From: Methanotrichaceae archaeon
Lineage (GTDB): Archaea; Halobacteriota; Methanosarcinia; Methanotrichales; Methanotrichaceae
Assembly (NCBI GenBank): GCA_963803145.1
Contig: CAWDLW010000015.1
Span: 32,001-96,000 of the forward strand
DNA: 64,000 bases
Direction of reading: 5' to 3'
Shown: positions 28,584 to 38,110 of the stretch, piece by piece
How positions within the stretch are numbered: the stretch's first letter is position 1
Layout of the letters: each line of letters starts with the position of its first letter
The notes under the pieces: model-generated
Databases searched by the model: none
Told to the model about the DNA's origin: nothing
What the model saw: only the letters and a program-made list of their open reading frames with translations
Position numbers and translations under genes: made by a program

Positions 28584-31478
28584 TTAGGAGGAGTTAATAC
28601 TACATAGCAGCGTAACAAGATCGTCAACTTTCACAGGCTTTGCAATATAACCATCCATGCCGGCTTCTAAAAACTTCTCTTTATCGCCTTCCATAGCAAA
28701 TGCGGTTATAGCTACAACCTTCGGTCCATTTTCGGGCCAGAGCTTGCGTATCTCCTTGGTGGCGGTAAGCCCATCCATCTGTGGCATTCTGATATCCATG
28801 AGGATCAAGTCGTAAGGCCGGATTTGAAGAGCTTGGAGTACTTCGATGCCGTCTGCTACAGCATCCGCCCTATAGCCCAGGCCTTTAAGCATTTCAACAA
28901 GCACCTTTTGATTTGAAGGGATATCATCGGCAACGAGGATTGACAGAGGCTTCTGGCCTGAAAGGCTCTCATAAGCAGCTGCTCTATTCTTTTCCTTTAA
29001 ATTCAGTTGCTTGCCCGGGATAATCTCTGCAGGAATAGTAAATTTGAAAGTCGAGCCAATGCCCTCCTCACTTTTGGCCCAGATCTCACCGCCCAAGAGC
29101 TCGACATGCTTCTTACAGATGGCGAGGCCCAGTCCAGCGCCATCACGCTTGCGGCTTATTACGTATTCAAGCTGTGTAAATGGCTGAAAGAGCCTCTCCA
29201 TCTTATCCTGGGGCATGCCAATACCTGCGTCCTTGACTGCAAATGTTATCTGCCGCTTGTTGCCTTCGATAACTTTCGAAGAGACTGATATCGATATATC
29301 ACCGTTATCTGTAAACTTAACTGCATTGGATAGCAAATTGACTAAAATCTGTCTAAGCCTGTCGTGATCACTAATTATGGTATCTGGTGTGCCGTAGCTA
29401 ATGGAGAAGACCATGCTCAGACCCTTCTGCTCAGCCTGAAGTGCTACCAAATCCATGGCTTCCCCGACGCAGTGCTTGAGGCTGAAAGGCTGGCACTCTA
29501 TTGATATCTTCTCTTTCTCAGCTTTGGATAATTCTAATATATCGCTGATAATAGATAGGAGAGCTTGGCCGCCGTTCCTGATGCTATTGATGTATTCCTT
29601 CTGAGTTTGTGTGAGGTTATCATCTAAGAGTAGGCTTGAGAAACCAATAACCGCATTCAGAGGTGTTCTAAGTTCATGGCTCATATTTGCGAGGAATGCG
29701 GCCTTGGCCTCTGCTGCAGCTTCGGCTGCCTTTCTGGCCTTTTGATGCTCTGCGATCTCAACCTGGAGTTTTTTATTCGCTTTAAATAAATCCTCGGTTC
29801 TTTCGTTGACCTTCTGCTCAAGTTCGTCTTTGGATTTTCTTAACTCCTCTTCCATACGCTTGCGCTCGGCAATTTCCGACTGGAGTTGGGCATTGGCGGC
29901 TTCAAGCTTGAAGGTCCTCTCTATAACCAAATCTTCGAGGTGACTGCGATATTTATCTAGCTCAACCTCAGCCCGTCTGCGCTCAGTCATATCGCGGGCT
30001 GCAGCGAAGACGCCTACGACCTGGCCCATATAGTTCTTGTAGACTGACGCATTGTATAGAACCGGTGTTTTATGGCCGTCACAGTGCTGTATCTCCAGAG
30101 GATAATCTCGAACATAGCCCTCTTTAAAGACTTTCTCATAGCCAGCGCGGGCACTCTCTGGATCAGTGAAATAGTCTGAGAAATCTGTGCCGACGAGTTC
30201 TTCAAAGCGATAACCCGTCGCGCTTTCTGTAGCAGCGTTAACATCGGTGATCTTTCCATCAGGGCCAATGGTCACTAAGGGATCTAGACTGGCTTCAATT
30301 AAGCTCCTGTTATAAGCCCACGCTGCACGAAGCGCTCCTTCTGCATTTTTGCGCTCGGTAATATCGATGCCCATCTCCATGATAAAGAAAGTGCCATCCG
30401 AGTCGGTAAATGGAAAGTCGAAAATATCATAATTGCAGCCATCAGGGCCTATCCACTCCCAATGATGGGGCTCGTTTGTCTTCAGCACTGTATAAGTCTC
30501 GCAGATTTCGCAGGGCTCGTTTCTTCCGAATAAATACTCAAAGCATCTGCGACCCCGGGACTCGCCGAACCTTTCGCGGAAGACACGGTTAGCAAAGGGC
30601 ACATGATAATCGGGTGTCAATAGTATCACGTAAGCTGGAAGCGTCTCCAGGACAGCGCCAAGCCGTTGGTGTTCTGCCTTAGTGGCCTCCTCAGCTCCCT
30701 TCCGTTCAGCTATCTCTATTTGTAGCCGGACGTTAGCCTGCTCAAGCTCCTCAGTCCTTTCCTTGACGTGTATTTCCAGATTGTCCTTTGCTTCCATCAG
30801 TGCCTCTTCCGCAGCCTTGCGATCAGTAATATCGATGATAGCGATCCTGATTTGTTTTATATTCAGCAGGTGGTTTTCAGTTGCTATACCCTCTATGCGG
30901 GCATAGACTGTAGGCATTTTACCTCTGAGAAGGGTCAGCTCGCAGGTCTGCTTTGTAGGGTTTTCAAATGCCAATTTGCAGAAATCATCAAATAGCGGAC
31001 GATCTTCTGGTGCAACAAAATGCATAAAGCGCTTGCTCATCAAACTTCCACGTTCCATACCAAAGAGCGTAGCTCCTGCAAGGTTGGCCTCCAGTGTCTG
31101 TCCCTGGGTATTTAAAGTGAACAATCCAATAGGAGAAAAGTCATATAGATCAGAGCACTTTGCCAGCGCCCCCTCCGTTTCAAGTTTGGCGCGCTTCAGC
31201 TCCTCATTCTGCATCTCAAGCTCAATCTGGTGGACCTGCAACTCGTGCACCAGAGCCAGGGAATCTGTGCTCTCCCCCACAGACTTAACATATTCCTCGT
31301 TTTGCTGCTTGAGCACCTTCTCAGCAATCTGTAGATCCTCAAGGCTGGTTTGAAGACTCTTCAGGGCACTCGATAGGATTTCGTGAGCATTAGCTGGATT
31401 GCTCACGTATTTTGCCTGGAGTCCTTCTATACTCCGTGAGAGCTTGGAGATCCTCTGGGAAATGATATCAGCGGTCAT
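28584..31478 (-). CDS. Hybrid sensor histidine kinase (multi-PAS-HisKA-HATPase-REC)
   Basis: HELQVHQIELEMQNEEL coiled coil, PAS/PAC, MSHELRTPLN, NAVKFT, GAGLGL, DLILMDIRMP. Confidence 0.95.
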   Translation of the reverse strand: MTADIISQRISKLSRSIEGLQAKYVSNPANAHEILSSALKSLQTSLEDLQIAEKVLKQQNEEYVKSVGESTDSLALVHELQVHQIELEMQNEELKRAKLETEGALAKCSDLYDFSPIGLFTLNTQGQTLEANLAGATLFGMERGSLMSKRFMHFVAPEDRPLFDDFCKLAFENPTKQTCELTLLRGKMPTVYARIEGIATENHLLNIKQIRIAIIDITDRKAAEEALMEAKDNLEIHVKERTEELEQANVRLQIEIAERKGAEEATKAEHQRLGAVLETLPAYVILLTPDYHVPFANRVFRERFGESRGRRCFEYLFGRNEPCEICETYTVLKTNEPHHWEWIGPDGCNYDIFDFPFTDSDGTFFIMEMGIDITERKNAEGALRAAWAYNRSLIEASLDPLVTIGPDGKITDVNAATESATGYRFEELVGTDFSDYFTDPESARAGYEKVFKEGYVRDYPLEIQHCDGHKTPVLYNASVYKNYMGQVVGVFAAARDMTERRRAEVELDKYRSHLEDLVIERTFKLEAANAQLQSEIAERKRMEEELRKSKDELEQKVNERTEDLFKANKKLQVEIAEHQKARKAAEAAAEAKAAFLANMSHELRTPLNAVIGFSSLLLDDNLTQTQKEYINSIRNGGQALLSIISDILELSKAEKEKISIECQPFSLKHCVGEAMDLVALQAEQKGLSMVFSISYGTPDTIISDHDRLRQILVNLLSNAVKFTDNGDISISVSSKVIEGNKRQITFAVKDAGIGMPQDKMERLFQPFTQLEYVISRKRDGAGLGLAICKKHVELLGGEIWAKSEEGIGSTFKFTIPAEIIPGKQLNLKEKNRAAAYESLSGQKPLSILVADDIPSNQKVLVEMLKGLGYRADAVADGIEVLQALQIRPYDLILMDIRMPQMDGLTATKEIRKLWPENGPKVVAITAFAMEGDKEKFLEAGMDGYIAKPVKVDDLVTLLCSINSS

Positions 31479-31646
31479 TTCTACATCGGCCCTAAATGCG
31501 ACTGATAGTATGTTTTATTATCTATATGTTACCCTTCAGCTATTGTTATTTGGCCAGTATTAGATTAAGGAGAAACTCAAGAGGTTTAACATTTATCATC
31601 CGTGGAACTCTGTTTTGCTGCGGCCTGATCCCTCTCCTCCTTCAGC

Positions 31647-31923
31647 GCCTTTGAAGCCTCCTTTTCCGTTATGAAACTTTCTGATGATGACGTTTAATAT
31701 TTCGAGAAAATAATATTTAATACTCTTCGCTATACATAGCTCCATTGATATTACACTTCTCGATTTGTGCTATGTTTCTTAATTTGTACTATATTTCTCA
31801 ATTTGTGCTATACTTCTCAACATGTGTCATAAAAGACATATATGCGGCAAACATATTATGGCTTGGCGGGATTGGGCAATAGCTGAAGATCTCTGTGGTT
31901 TCCACCACTCTAAATATTGTTCT
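31647..31923. repeat. 277-bp non-coding direct repeat, copy 2, with internal 19-bp tandem units (about 31747-31841)
   Basis: Units tgtgctatgtttcttaatt/tgtactatatttctcaatt/tgtgctatacttctcaaca; offset 4290 bp from copy 1. Confidence 0.9.
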
Positions 31924-32030
31924 CTCCTAAATTGTAGAAGGGAAAAATGACCGATCCGTTCATAGTGATATAAAACAGAACACAACACGCAGCATATAAT
32001 TAAGATTAGCAGGAATGGCAAATCGAGGTA

Positions 32031-32189
32031 ATGAAAATGACACACCATGAAGCAAAAGAAGAAAAGAAGGAAGAGTCAGGCGAAAAGGTTGAGCCTATCA
32101 AACCCGGCGATCCTAGAGTTGCTCGCAGAAAGGGCTCATTGCTAGATACCTGCTACACTACAAGTAGCGGACAGCCGAAGTCAAAGTAA
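32031..32189 (+). CDS. 52-aa hypothetical small protein
   Basis: GAGGT SD; MKMTHHEAKEEKKEESGEKVEPIKPGDPRVARRKGSLLDTCYTTSSGQPKSK; directly upstream of the S2P gene. Confidence 0.5.
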   Translation: MKMTHHEAKEEKKEESGEKVEPIKPGDPRVARRKGSLLDTCYTTSSGQPKSK

Positions 32190-32201
32190 GGTTTGATCAC
32201 T

Positions 32202-33362
32202 ATGAACTCCTCGTTTCAGATAGGGAAGATCTGGGACATACCTATCAGGTTGCACTGGACATTCATAGTGGGCATATTCTGGGTGGCTATAGCCTTTGGG
32301 GCTATTCCACCTATTACTCTCCTCGGCAAGACTTATGGCTTTGGAGCAGTCGAACCGGCATCAATCAAATGGGCGTACTCTTTCATCTTCGCTATACTTC
32401 TATTCATCTGCGTAGGTGTGCATGAGCTAGGGCACTCCTATATTGCCAGGCATTATAACATCGGAATTCGGAGCATAACGCTTTACATTTTCGGCGGCGT
32501 CTCAGCTATGGAAGAGATTCCCAGAAATCCTAGGCGGGAATTTCAGATGTCCGCCACAGGGCCTCTTGTAAGCGGATTATTAGGGGTCATATCCATACTG
32601 TTCTATTTCGAATCTGCCGCACTCCTGGGCACGGAGAACCCCTTAAGCATCCTTCTATGGACGCTCGGAATCGTAAACATCATACTGATGATCTTCAACC
32701 TCTTGCCCGCATTTCCCATGGATGGCGGACGGGTTCTTAGGGCTTGGTTCGCCACATGGATGCCCTATGCGATTGCAACTCGCCGAGCAGCAGACATAGG
32801 CAAAATGTTCGCAATCCTGATGGTCATAGTAGGTATACTCTCATTCAATTTACTGCTTCTCTTGGTAGCCTTCTTCATCTATATAGGAGCATCCGAAGAG
32901 GAAAAGGCGACGACAGTTAATATCTGCCTCGAAGGCGTAAAGGTCAGGAACATAATGTCCTCCAACGTTCACACCATTACGCCGGACAAAAACCTCAGAG
33001 ATCTCATTGATCTCATGTTCAGGGAGAAGCATAGAGGCTATCCAGTAGTTGATAAGGGACAACTTGAAGGGATCATCACATTGACCGATGTACAGAAGGT
33101 CCCGGATGAGAAGCGCGATTCGACGACGATAGGCCAAGTCATGAGCAGAAATCTGATTGTAATTGGACCTGATGAAGAGGCATCAACCGCGGCGAATATG
33201 ATGGCAGAACGAGGTATTAATAGAATCCTTGTTTTAGAGAATAACAGTCTGATTGGAATCGTCTCCAGAGAAGATCTGGTAAGGGCCATGGAGCTCTGCT
33301 CTGAAGGAGATTTCACCCAAAGAAATAGTCGATTTGAAGGCGATGTCGAAAGAGGTCCGTAA
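32202..33362 (+). CDS. Site-2 protease (M50) with tandem CBS domains
   Basis: HELGH, FNLLPAFPMDGGR, two CBS domains. Confidence 0.94.
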   Translation: MNSSFQIGKIWDIPIRLHWTFIVGIFWVAIAFGAIPPITLLGKTYGFGAVEPASIKWAYSFIFAILLFICVGVHELGHSYIARHYNIGIRSITLYIFGGVSAMEEIPRNPRREFQMSATGPLVSGLLGVISILFYFESAALLGTENPLSILLWTLGIVNIILMIFNLLPAFPMDGGRVLRAWFATWMPYAIATRRAADIGKMFAILMVIVGILSFNLLLLLVAFFIYIGASEEEKATTVNICLEGVKVRNIMSSNVHTITPDKNLRDLIDLMFREKHRGYPVVDKGQLEGIITLTDVQKVPDEKRDSTTIGQVMSRNLIVIGPDEEASTAANMMAERGINRILVLENNSLIGIVSREDLVRAMELCSEGDFTQRNSRFEGDVERGP

Positions 33363-33705
33363 TGCTGCAGAAAACTTCTACTCTAACCCGCCAATCAAGG
33401 AAATCATTGAAGAAAAGCTAGGAACCGAACGCTATGATATTATTCCCGACAAAGGGCAGGCAACGCGAGATAAGCCGTTAACGCCGAGTGACCTTCTAGA
33501 AACTATACGACGGGCTCGAGCCGCTGTAGGTAGAATGCCTGGGCAAGACGCCGATGAGTACAGACTCTGGGTGATAACAATAGCGCAAAAGGTGGCTGAG
33601 GCCTCAAAAGAGGGTGGCTTCCTGGGCGTTGGGGGCAAAAGGGTAAGTGCGGATGAGACGGTGGCATTGAAAGAGATCGCCGAAACGATTGGGTATAAGG
33701 GCTAA
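33334..33705 (+). CDS. Conserved hypothetical protein, possibly N-terminally truncated
   Basis: VAEASKEGGFLGVGGKRVS motif; overlaps the S2P 3' end. Confidence 0.6.
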   Translation: MKAMSKEVRNAAENFYSNPPIKEIIEEKLGTERYDIIPDKGQATRDKPLTPSDLLETIRRARAAVGRMPGQDADEYRLWVITIAQKVAEASKEGGFLGVGGKRVSADETVALKEIAETIGYKG

Positions 33706-34019
33706 TATACTTTTCGCCGAATATAATCGGAACTGGTAGACCCAATTATACAAAAAATGTCTGGCGAAGTATTAAACCTATTATGGCAAAGTGAGGCATC
33801 CTTAGACCAATGGGGAGCTAGAAAAGAGATTGATGCTGATAGGATACTCCAGCAGCACTAAATTATAAAGATATAGAGAACCAAGGAGAATAATTTTGTG
33901 CCAGGATTTTCGGATAATTTCATCAGTCAACTGTGCTTTGGCGAAATAAACACCCAAAATTATTTATCCTATGCACCAAGCAATATAATTAGCATCAAAT
34001 CGTGTGATAGTGGTGAATT

Positions 34020-34451
34020 ATGCGGAAATGTAAATCCTTTTTGGTTTTGGCTACGCTAATTATTTTAGCGTTCATTGTGAGCGTTAATGTTCAAGCACAG
34101 ATGCAATCGGCCAACGCAGGCACAACAAATGTAACAATAGTCAAAGCCCTTCAAGAGGGCACAGCGTTGCATGTTTTGGTAGCAAACAACGATACCACCG
34201 CAGTAAACCTTACAAATTGGAAGCTGATGACTGATAATAACCAAAGCACCTTCACATTCCCCGTCTTCACGCTAAATCCAAGAGCAGTAGTTACAATCCA
34301 TACTCACAAAGGAAATAACTCAGCTACAGACCTATACGGCAGCAATTTTATGTGGAACGGGACCCATGAGATAAAACTGCTCAATATGAATGGAATGCAA
34401 GTATACGACTATCGTATCAGCAGCCAACCAGCAAAAAATAGCTCGATGTAG
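34020..34451 (+). CDS. Secreted lamin-tail-domain protein
   Basis: Signal peptide; N...VNLTNWKL.D, FTFP..TL, VTIHT.KG, MWN. Confidence 0.8.
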   Translation: MRKCKSFLVLATLIILAFIVSVNVQAQMQSANAGTTNVTIVKALQEGTALHVLVANNDTTAVNLTNWKLMTDNNQSTFTFPVFTLNPRAVVTIHTHKGNNSATDLYGSNFMWNGTHEIKLLNMNGMQVYDYRISSQPAKNSSM

Positions 34452-34469
34452 ACTGTTACACTAACTATA

Positions 34470-34495
34470 TTCGATGGGGTTGTTTTCCCATCGAA
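34470..34495. terminator. Hairpin between convergent genes
   Basis: ttcgatggg-N8-cccatcgaa. Confidence 0.5.
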
Positions 34496-34581
34496 CATAT
34501 TTCTTCGAAAAAGTTGAATATGCCTTCTGCTAATGTTTTCATTGCATAATAAGTTTTTGAAATGGGTTTTTTCATCTTTTT

Positions 34582-35109
34582 TTATTCCTTCTCATCCAGA
34601 GATGCCGCAAACTTAAGGTAATCGCAGACCGGCGCGCCAAGAGGAATTATATTGCCACTGATATTATCACCATCGATTTTAAGCTCAGCTATTGTGGGGA
34701 CCGACATTCTTGGAACAGTGGGACTTCCAGGGCAGATCAGGAGCCTTTCGCCGCTCTCGATTATCGGCCTGTGAATATGGCCGAAGATGAGAACTTTAAC
34801 ATCCATCTCCCTTGCCATCATGTCTGCGCCTGTTAAATCTGCAGAATGAGATGCCATATGAGTTAGGCCGATTTTTATGCCGTCGACCTCTATAACCTTC
34901 CTTTGTGGCAGCAGTCTTTTCAGAACAGGTGAGTCTGCATTACCGCATACCGCCTCGACCCTTCCAAGATCTGCCAAGGATTTGTAAACGTTAGGGGAGA
35001 CAAAGTCTCCCGCATGGAGTATTATATCAGCGCCTTTTAGCGCTTTGATAAGCATTTCAGGAAGGCCGTCTTCAAGATGGGTATCCGACAGGGCGACAAT
35101 ACGTGTCAT
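34582..35109 (-). CDS. Metallophosphoesterase (YfcE/MJ0936 family)
   Basis: SDTH, HAGD, GNAD, FGHIH, PGS. Confidence 0.92.
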   Translation of the reverse strand: MTRIVALSDTHLEDGLPEMLIKALKGADIILHAGDFVSPNVYKSLADLGRVEAVCGNADSPVLKRLLPQRKVIEVDGIKIGLTHMASHSADLTGADMMAREMDVKVLIFGHIHRPIIESGERLLICPGSPTVPRMSVPTIAELKIDGDNISGNIIPLGAPVCDYLKFAASLDEKE

Positions 35110-36296
35110 ACGTGCATCCTCCTCATGCCTGCTTCAACTATTCCCAGAAACTCAGCACCCACAGCCACCACGCTGTTTGTGAAGATTGACGCATTGATCT
35201 CGAAGATGGGGTACCTGAACTTTGTATAATCAGACATAAGCCATGTCGTTGTGAGGGTATCTCCACGGAAGATATCTGCATATTCAGGCTTGGTGGGTAT
35301 GAAGACGATATCATCGGTTCTGCCATACTTTTTCATGAGCGCAAAAAGTTGAGATGAGCTGTTTCCAGTTATGGGCATGACATCAGCGCCCTTGCTCAAA
35401 GCACTCATTGTGCCTTCAAGTGCCTCATAGGTGTTTCCTATGCCGCTGATGGGAATGTAAACATCTCCTATCTGGAAGCTCGGAGTGTTAAAATCCCGCT
35501 CCCAGTAGCTGATCTTATTCAAATGTGTGAACCTCATCTCAAAGGCTCGCGCAACCAGGCCCGATCTGCCTACACCGCCGATCATATAGCGGCCGCTGCG
35601 CGGGAAGAGCTTGTTGAACCAATGCGTCAGATGATCAGAGTCCATTTCCGTCAGGAGTATTGCATTATCTTCAAAGTCTTTTATCGCCGTATGATATTTA
35701 GGACACGATGGCTCGCAAATACCCTTCAGCCTTGATTGAATGTCAGCGAAGACGGCATTTAAAAATGTCAGGACCTCGAGTTCAAACTCCGTTCCAAGAG
35801 GTGAGAGCCGAGAACGGTTCTCCTTATCCGTTGCATATTTGGTCCTGCCCTTGATGACTAGTATCGAACCTTTATCATATTCACTAACAAGCCTGTAGGC
35901 AGTGCCGTTTTCGTTTGCGGTTATGAGCTTTATGTCTCCTCCGCGCGCTATCATGTCCTCGATATATTTGTTGACGGCAGGAGTCTCACCCGAGCCAGAT
36001 ATAGCAATCCCTAGGTTCTTGCCCTTCCTATAATGCCTTTGGACAGGGTCTTCAAGTGTGAATGGAAAGACATTTTCGAAATGATTCTGGATGAGCTGTA
36101 AAAAGCTATAAAGGGCAAGAGCGCTCCTTCCTGCAGCCAACCCATAAACGAACTTATTCTCGGGCGTTGGGGTGAGGAACTCCACCATTGAATCTGAGAA
36201 GGCCGCCACATCTGTCATCTCTAGATCAAGCAGCTTCTCTAGGAAGCCACATTGGAGTAGCGTCGCCTCGCGGAAGGTTTCTATCAGGCCTGACAT
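35106..36296 (-). CDS. Tandem SIS-domain protein, 6-phospho-3-hexuloisomerase-like
   Basis: Domain 1 AGRS/ISGSGET/PLGTEFE; domain 2 GVGRSGLVARAFEMR/ISGIGNT/IFE/MRRMH. Confidence 0.75.
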   Translation of the reverse strand: MSGLIETFREATLLQCGFLEKLLDLEMTDVAAFSDSMVEFLTPTPENKFVYGLAAGRSALALYSFLQLIQNHFENVFPFTLEDPVQRHYRKGKNLGIAISGSGETPAVNKYIEDMIARGGDIKLITANENGTAYRLVSEYDKGSILVIKGRTKYATDKENRSRLSPLGTEFELEVLTFLNAVFADIQSRLKGICEPSCPKYHTAIKDFEDNAILLTEMDSDHLTHWFNKLFPRSGRYMIGGVGRSGLVARAFEMRFTHLNKISYWERDFNTPSFQIGDVYIPISGIGNTYEALEGTMSALSKGADVMPITGNSSSQLFALMKKYGRTDDIVFIPTKPEYADIFRGDTLTTTWLMSDYTKFRYPIFEINASIFTNSVVAVGAEFLGIVEAGMRRMHV

Positions 36297-36338
36297 GAGG
36301 ATCACGGTGGAGGTTCAACAGATAAGCCTTTCCAGCCC

Positions 36339-37412
36339 TTAGCTGATGATCTCTTGCATGAGGCCACGGTCGCGAGCAAGCTTGATCTCTTGGGCTATGC
36401 GTCTTCCATTCGAGAGGTCACGTTCTACAAGATCAGAGTAGGGCGATCCGCCTATGTAGAGGTTCGTTCCTGCAACGATCCTAGCTGAAATTTCGAATAC
36501 CTTGAACTCAAGATCATCTGTAACTATGGTCTCAAGGCTGAATGGACCGAGCATTCCGCCGAATAGCTCAATCGATGTCTCAACAACCCTTTCGCCAAGC
36601 TCAAATGCCCTTGGAAGCAGCGATTCGCGTAAGACAAGAGGCAAGTTCCCAGTTACAACGAAGCTCGGATATATGCCCGCCTCTGCAAGCTCATTCATTG
36701 AGCCGATACGGAATATCTCGTCTGCATTGGATTCCACGCGACGATCTATGCCGAGCATGTCCAGCGTTCCCTTCGTGAGCCTATAGCCATCATTTTTTAT
36801 GGGTGAATAGAAGAAGTGAAGGTAATATCTTGTTCCTAAAATGAACTCTTGAATTGTATACTTCTGCTGCTGGGCCCCCATCTTTGACTGGAACTCGTCT
36901 TTATTTTTGGCTATAAAGAAGCCTCGGCCTCCTTTGGCACCGTGATACTTTACAATCACCGGTCTGTCTATATCGTCAGCCCTCTCAAATCGCATCGGCA
37001 CATTGACGCCAGCACGCAGGAGCCAATCGCGTTCCATTTCTCGATCGCTCTCCCATGCGAGCACTCTTCTGTTGCCGAAGGTCGGAACAGCAAGCGATTC
37101 GAACTTTTCTATGCCGAGGTACTCAACGAGGGAACCATGAGGGATAATAATTGCATTTTCATTTGTGATATCATCTGCATAATCCAGTAGTGCCTTATAG
37201 CTCTCGATGCATACGAACTTATCCGGCTTTGCAAGGGGAAAGGCATCATAGAACTTGGGGGGCTGTCCTATGCAGATCCCAAGTGTTTTGAAGCCTTCCT
37301 GGCGTGCACCGTGAAATATCTGCAGGCTGCTGTGTGAGCAGATGGTTGCTATGGTGAGATCATCCTGATCATATCCCTTCAAGATCTCTAAAACATCTTC
37401 CTTCGGAATCAT
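36339..37412 (-). CDS. purP: Formate--phosphoribosylaminoimidazolecarboxamide ligase (FAICAR synthetase)
   Basis: ATICSHSSLQI, IPHGS, GAKGGRG, LRESLLP, FEISARIVAGTN; true start MIPKED. Confidence 0.93.
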   Translation of the reverse strand: MIPKEDVLEILKGYDQDDLTIATICSHSSLQIFHGARQEGFKTLGICIGQPPKFYDAFPLAKPDKFVCIESYKALLDYADDITNENAIIIPHGSLVEYLGIEKFESLAVPTFGNRRVLAWESDREMERDWLLRAGVNVPMRFERADDIDRPVIVKYHGAKGGRGFFIAKNKDEFQSKMGAQQQKYTIQEFILGTRYYLHFFYSPIKNDGYRLTKGTLDMLGIDRRVESNADEIFRIGSMNELAEAGIYPSFVVTGNLPLVLRESLLPRAFELGERVVETSIELFGGMLGPFSLETIVTDDLEFKVFEISARIVAGTNLYIGGSPYSDLVERDLSNGRRIAQEIKLARDRGLMQEIIS

Positions 37413-37503
37413 ATCGATAACCTTTACACACTTTGAAACTGCAAGGTCGGGATACAGGTAGATAAGCCTTAGGGTTATATGAGCATATTTGGATGAACAG
37501 ACT

Positions 37504-38046
37504 ATGAAAGGCACACTTGCGAGGGAGACAAAAGAGACCAAAATTATGGTCTCACTGAGCACAAGCGGCTCGGCAATCTGTGATATCAGCACAGGGATAA
37601 AGCTTCTTGATGAGATGCTGCGCAACTTGGCAGAGGCAGCAAGCTTCGATCTCGCAGTTAAAGCGGCTGGGGATCTGAAGACAGGAGATCATCATACGAC
37701 AGAGGATGTTGGAATAACCTTAGGCAGCGTTCTAGCGAAACTGGCCAACAATGGGATCGGTAGCACGATGGTTCCCTCAGGGGAATGCCTCGCAATGGCC
37801 GCGATACGCCTCGGCGAGCCTGGATACAAGGGCGACTTCAAATTCAGGGCTCAAGAGCTGGATGGTATGAGCCTTGAGAATATTGAACACTTCCTCAGAG
37901 CGCTGGCCTACAATGGCCGCTTCACATTGCATATCAAGGCTGAAGGCGGCGATGACAGATCCAAGATCGAGGCCATAAGCGCGGCAGTAGGCAGGGCACT
38001 CAAAAGTGCAACGGATGATGGGATGACGATAGGGAAAAAGAGTTAG
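37504..38046 (+). CDS. Degenerate imidazoleglycerol-phosphate dehydratase (HisB) paralogue
   Basis: RETKET, GDHHTTEDVGI, ENIEHF retained; DHML->DEML, PMDE->PSGE and NxHHxxE->DDRSKIE altered. Confidence 0.75.
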   Translation: MKGTLARETKETKIMVSLSTSGSAICDISTGIKLLDEMLRNLAEAASFDLAVKAAGDLKTGDHHTTEDVGITLGSVLAKLANNGIGSTMVPSGECLAMAAIRLGEPGYKGDFKFRAQELDGMSLENIEHFLRALAYNGRFTLHIKAEGGDDRSKIEAISAAVGRALKSATDDGMTIGKKS

Positions 38047-38110
38047 CTAGATTTAGGCCAGGATTTCAAGGTGCCACTCCAGTATCGTCTTTTGGCTAAG
38101 ATAGGTTCTC

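Noticed and set aside
31596-31745. 49-aa minus-strand ORF (MELCIAKS...) inside repeat copy 2
   Set aside because: Copy 1 has a stop at the fourth codon and the mismatches show no codon periodicity.
37413-37625. 70-aa N-terminal extension of PurP in the ORF track
   Set aside because: It overlaps the divergent hisB-like gene, and family homology starts at MIPKED.
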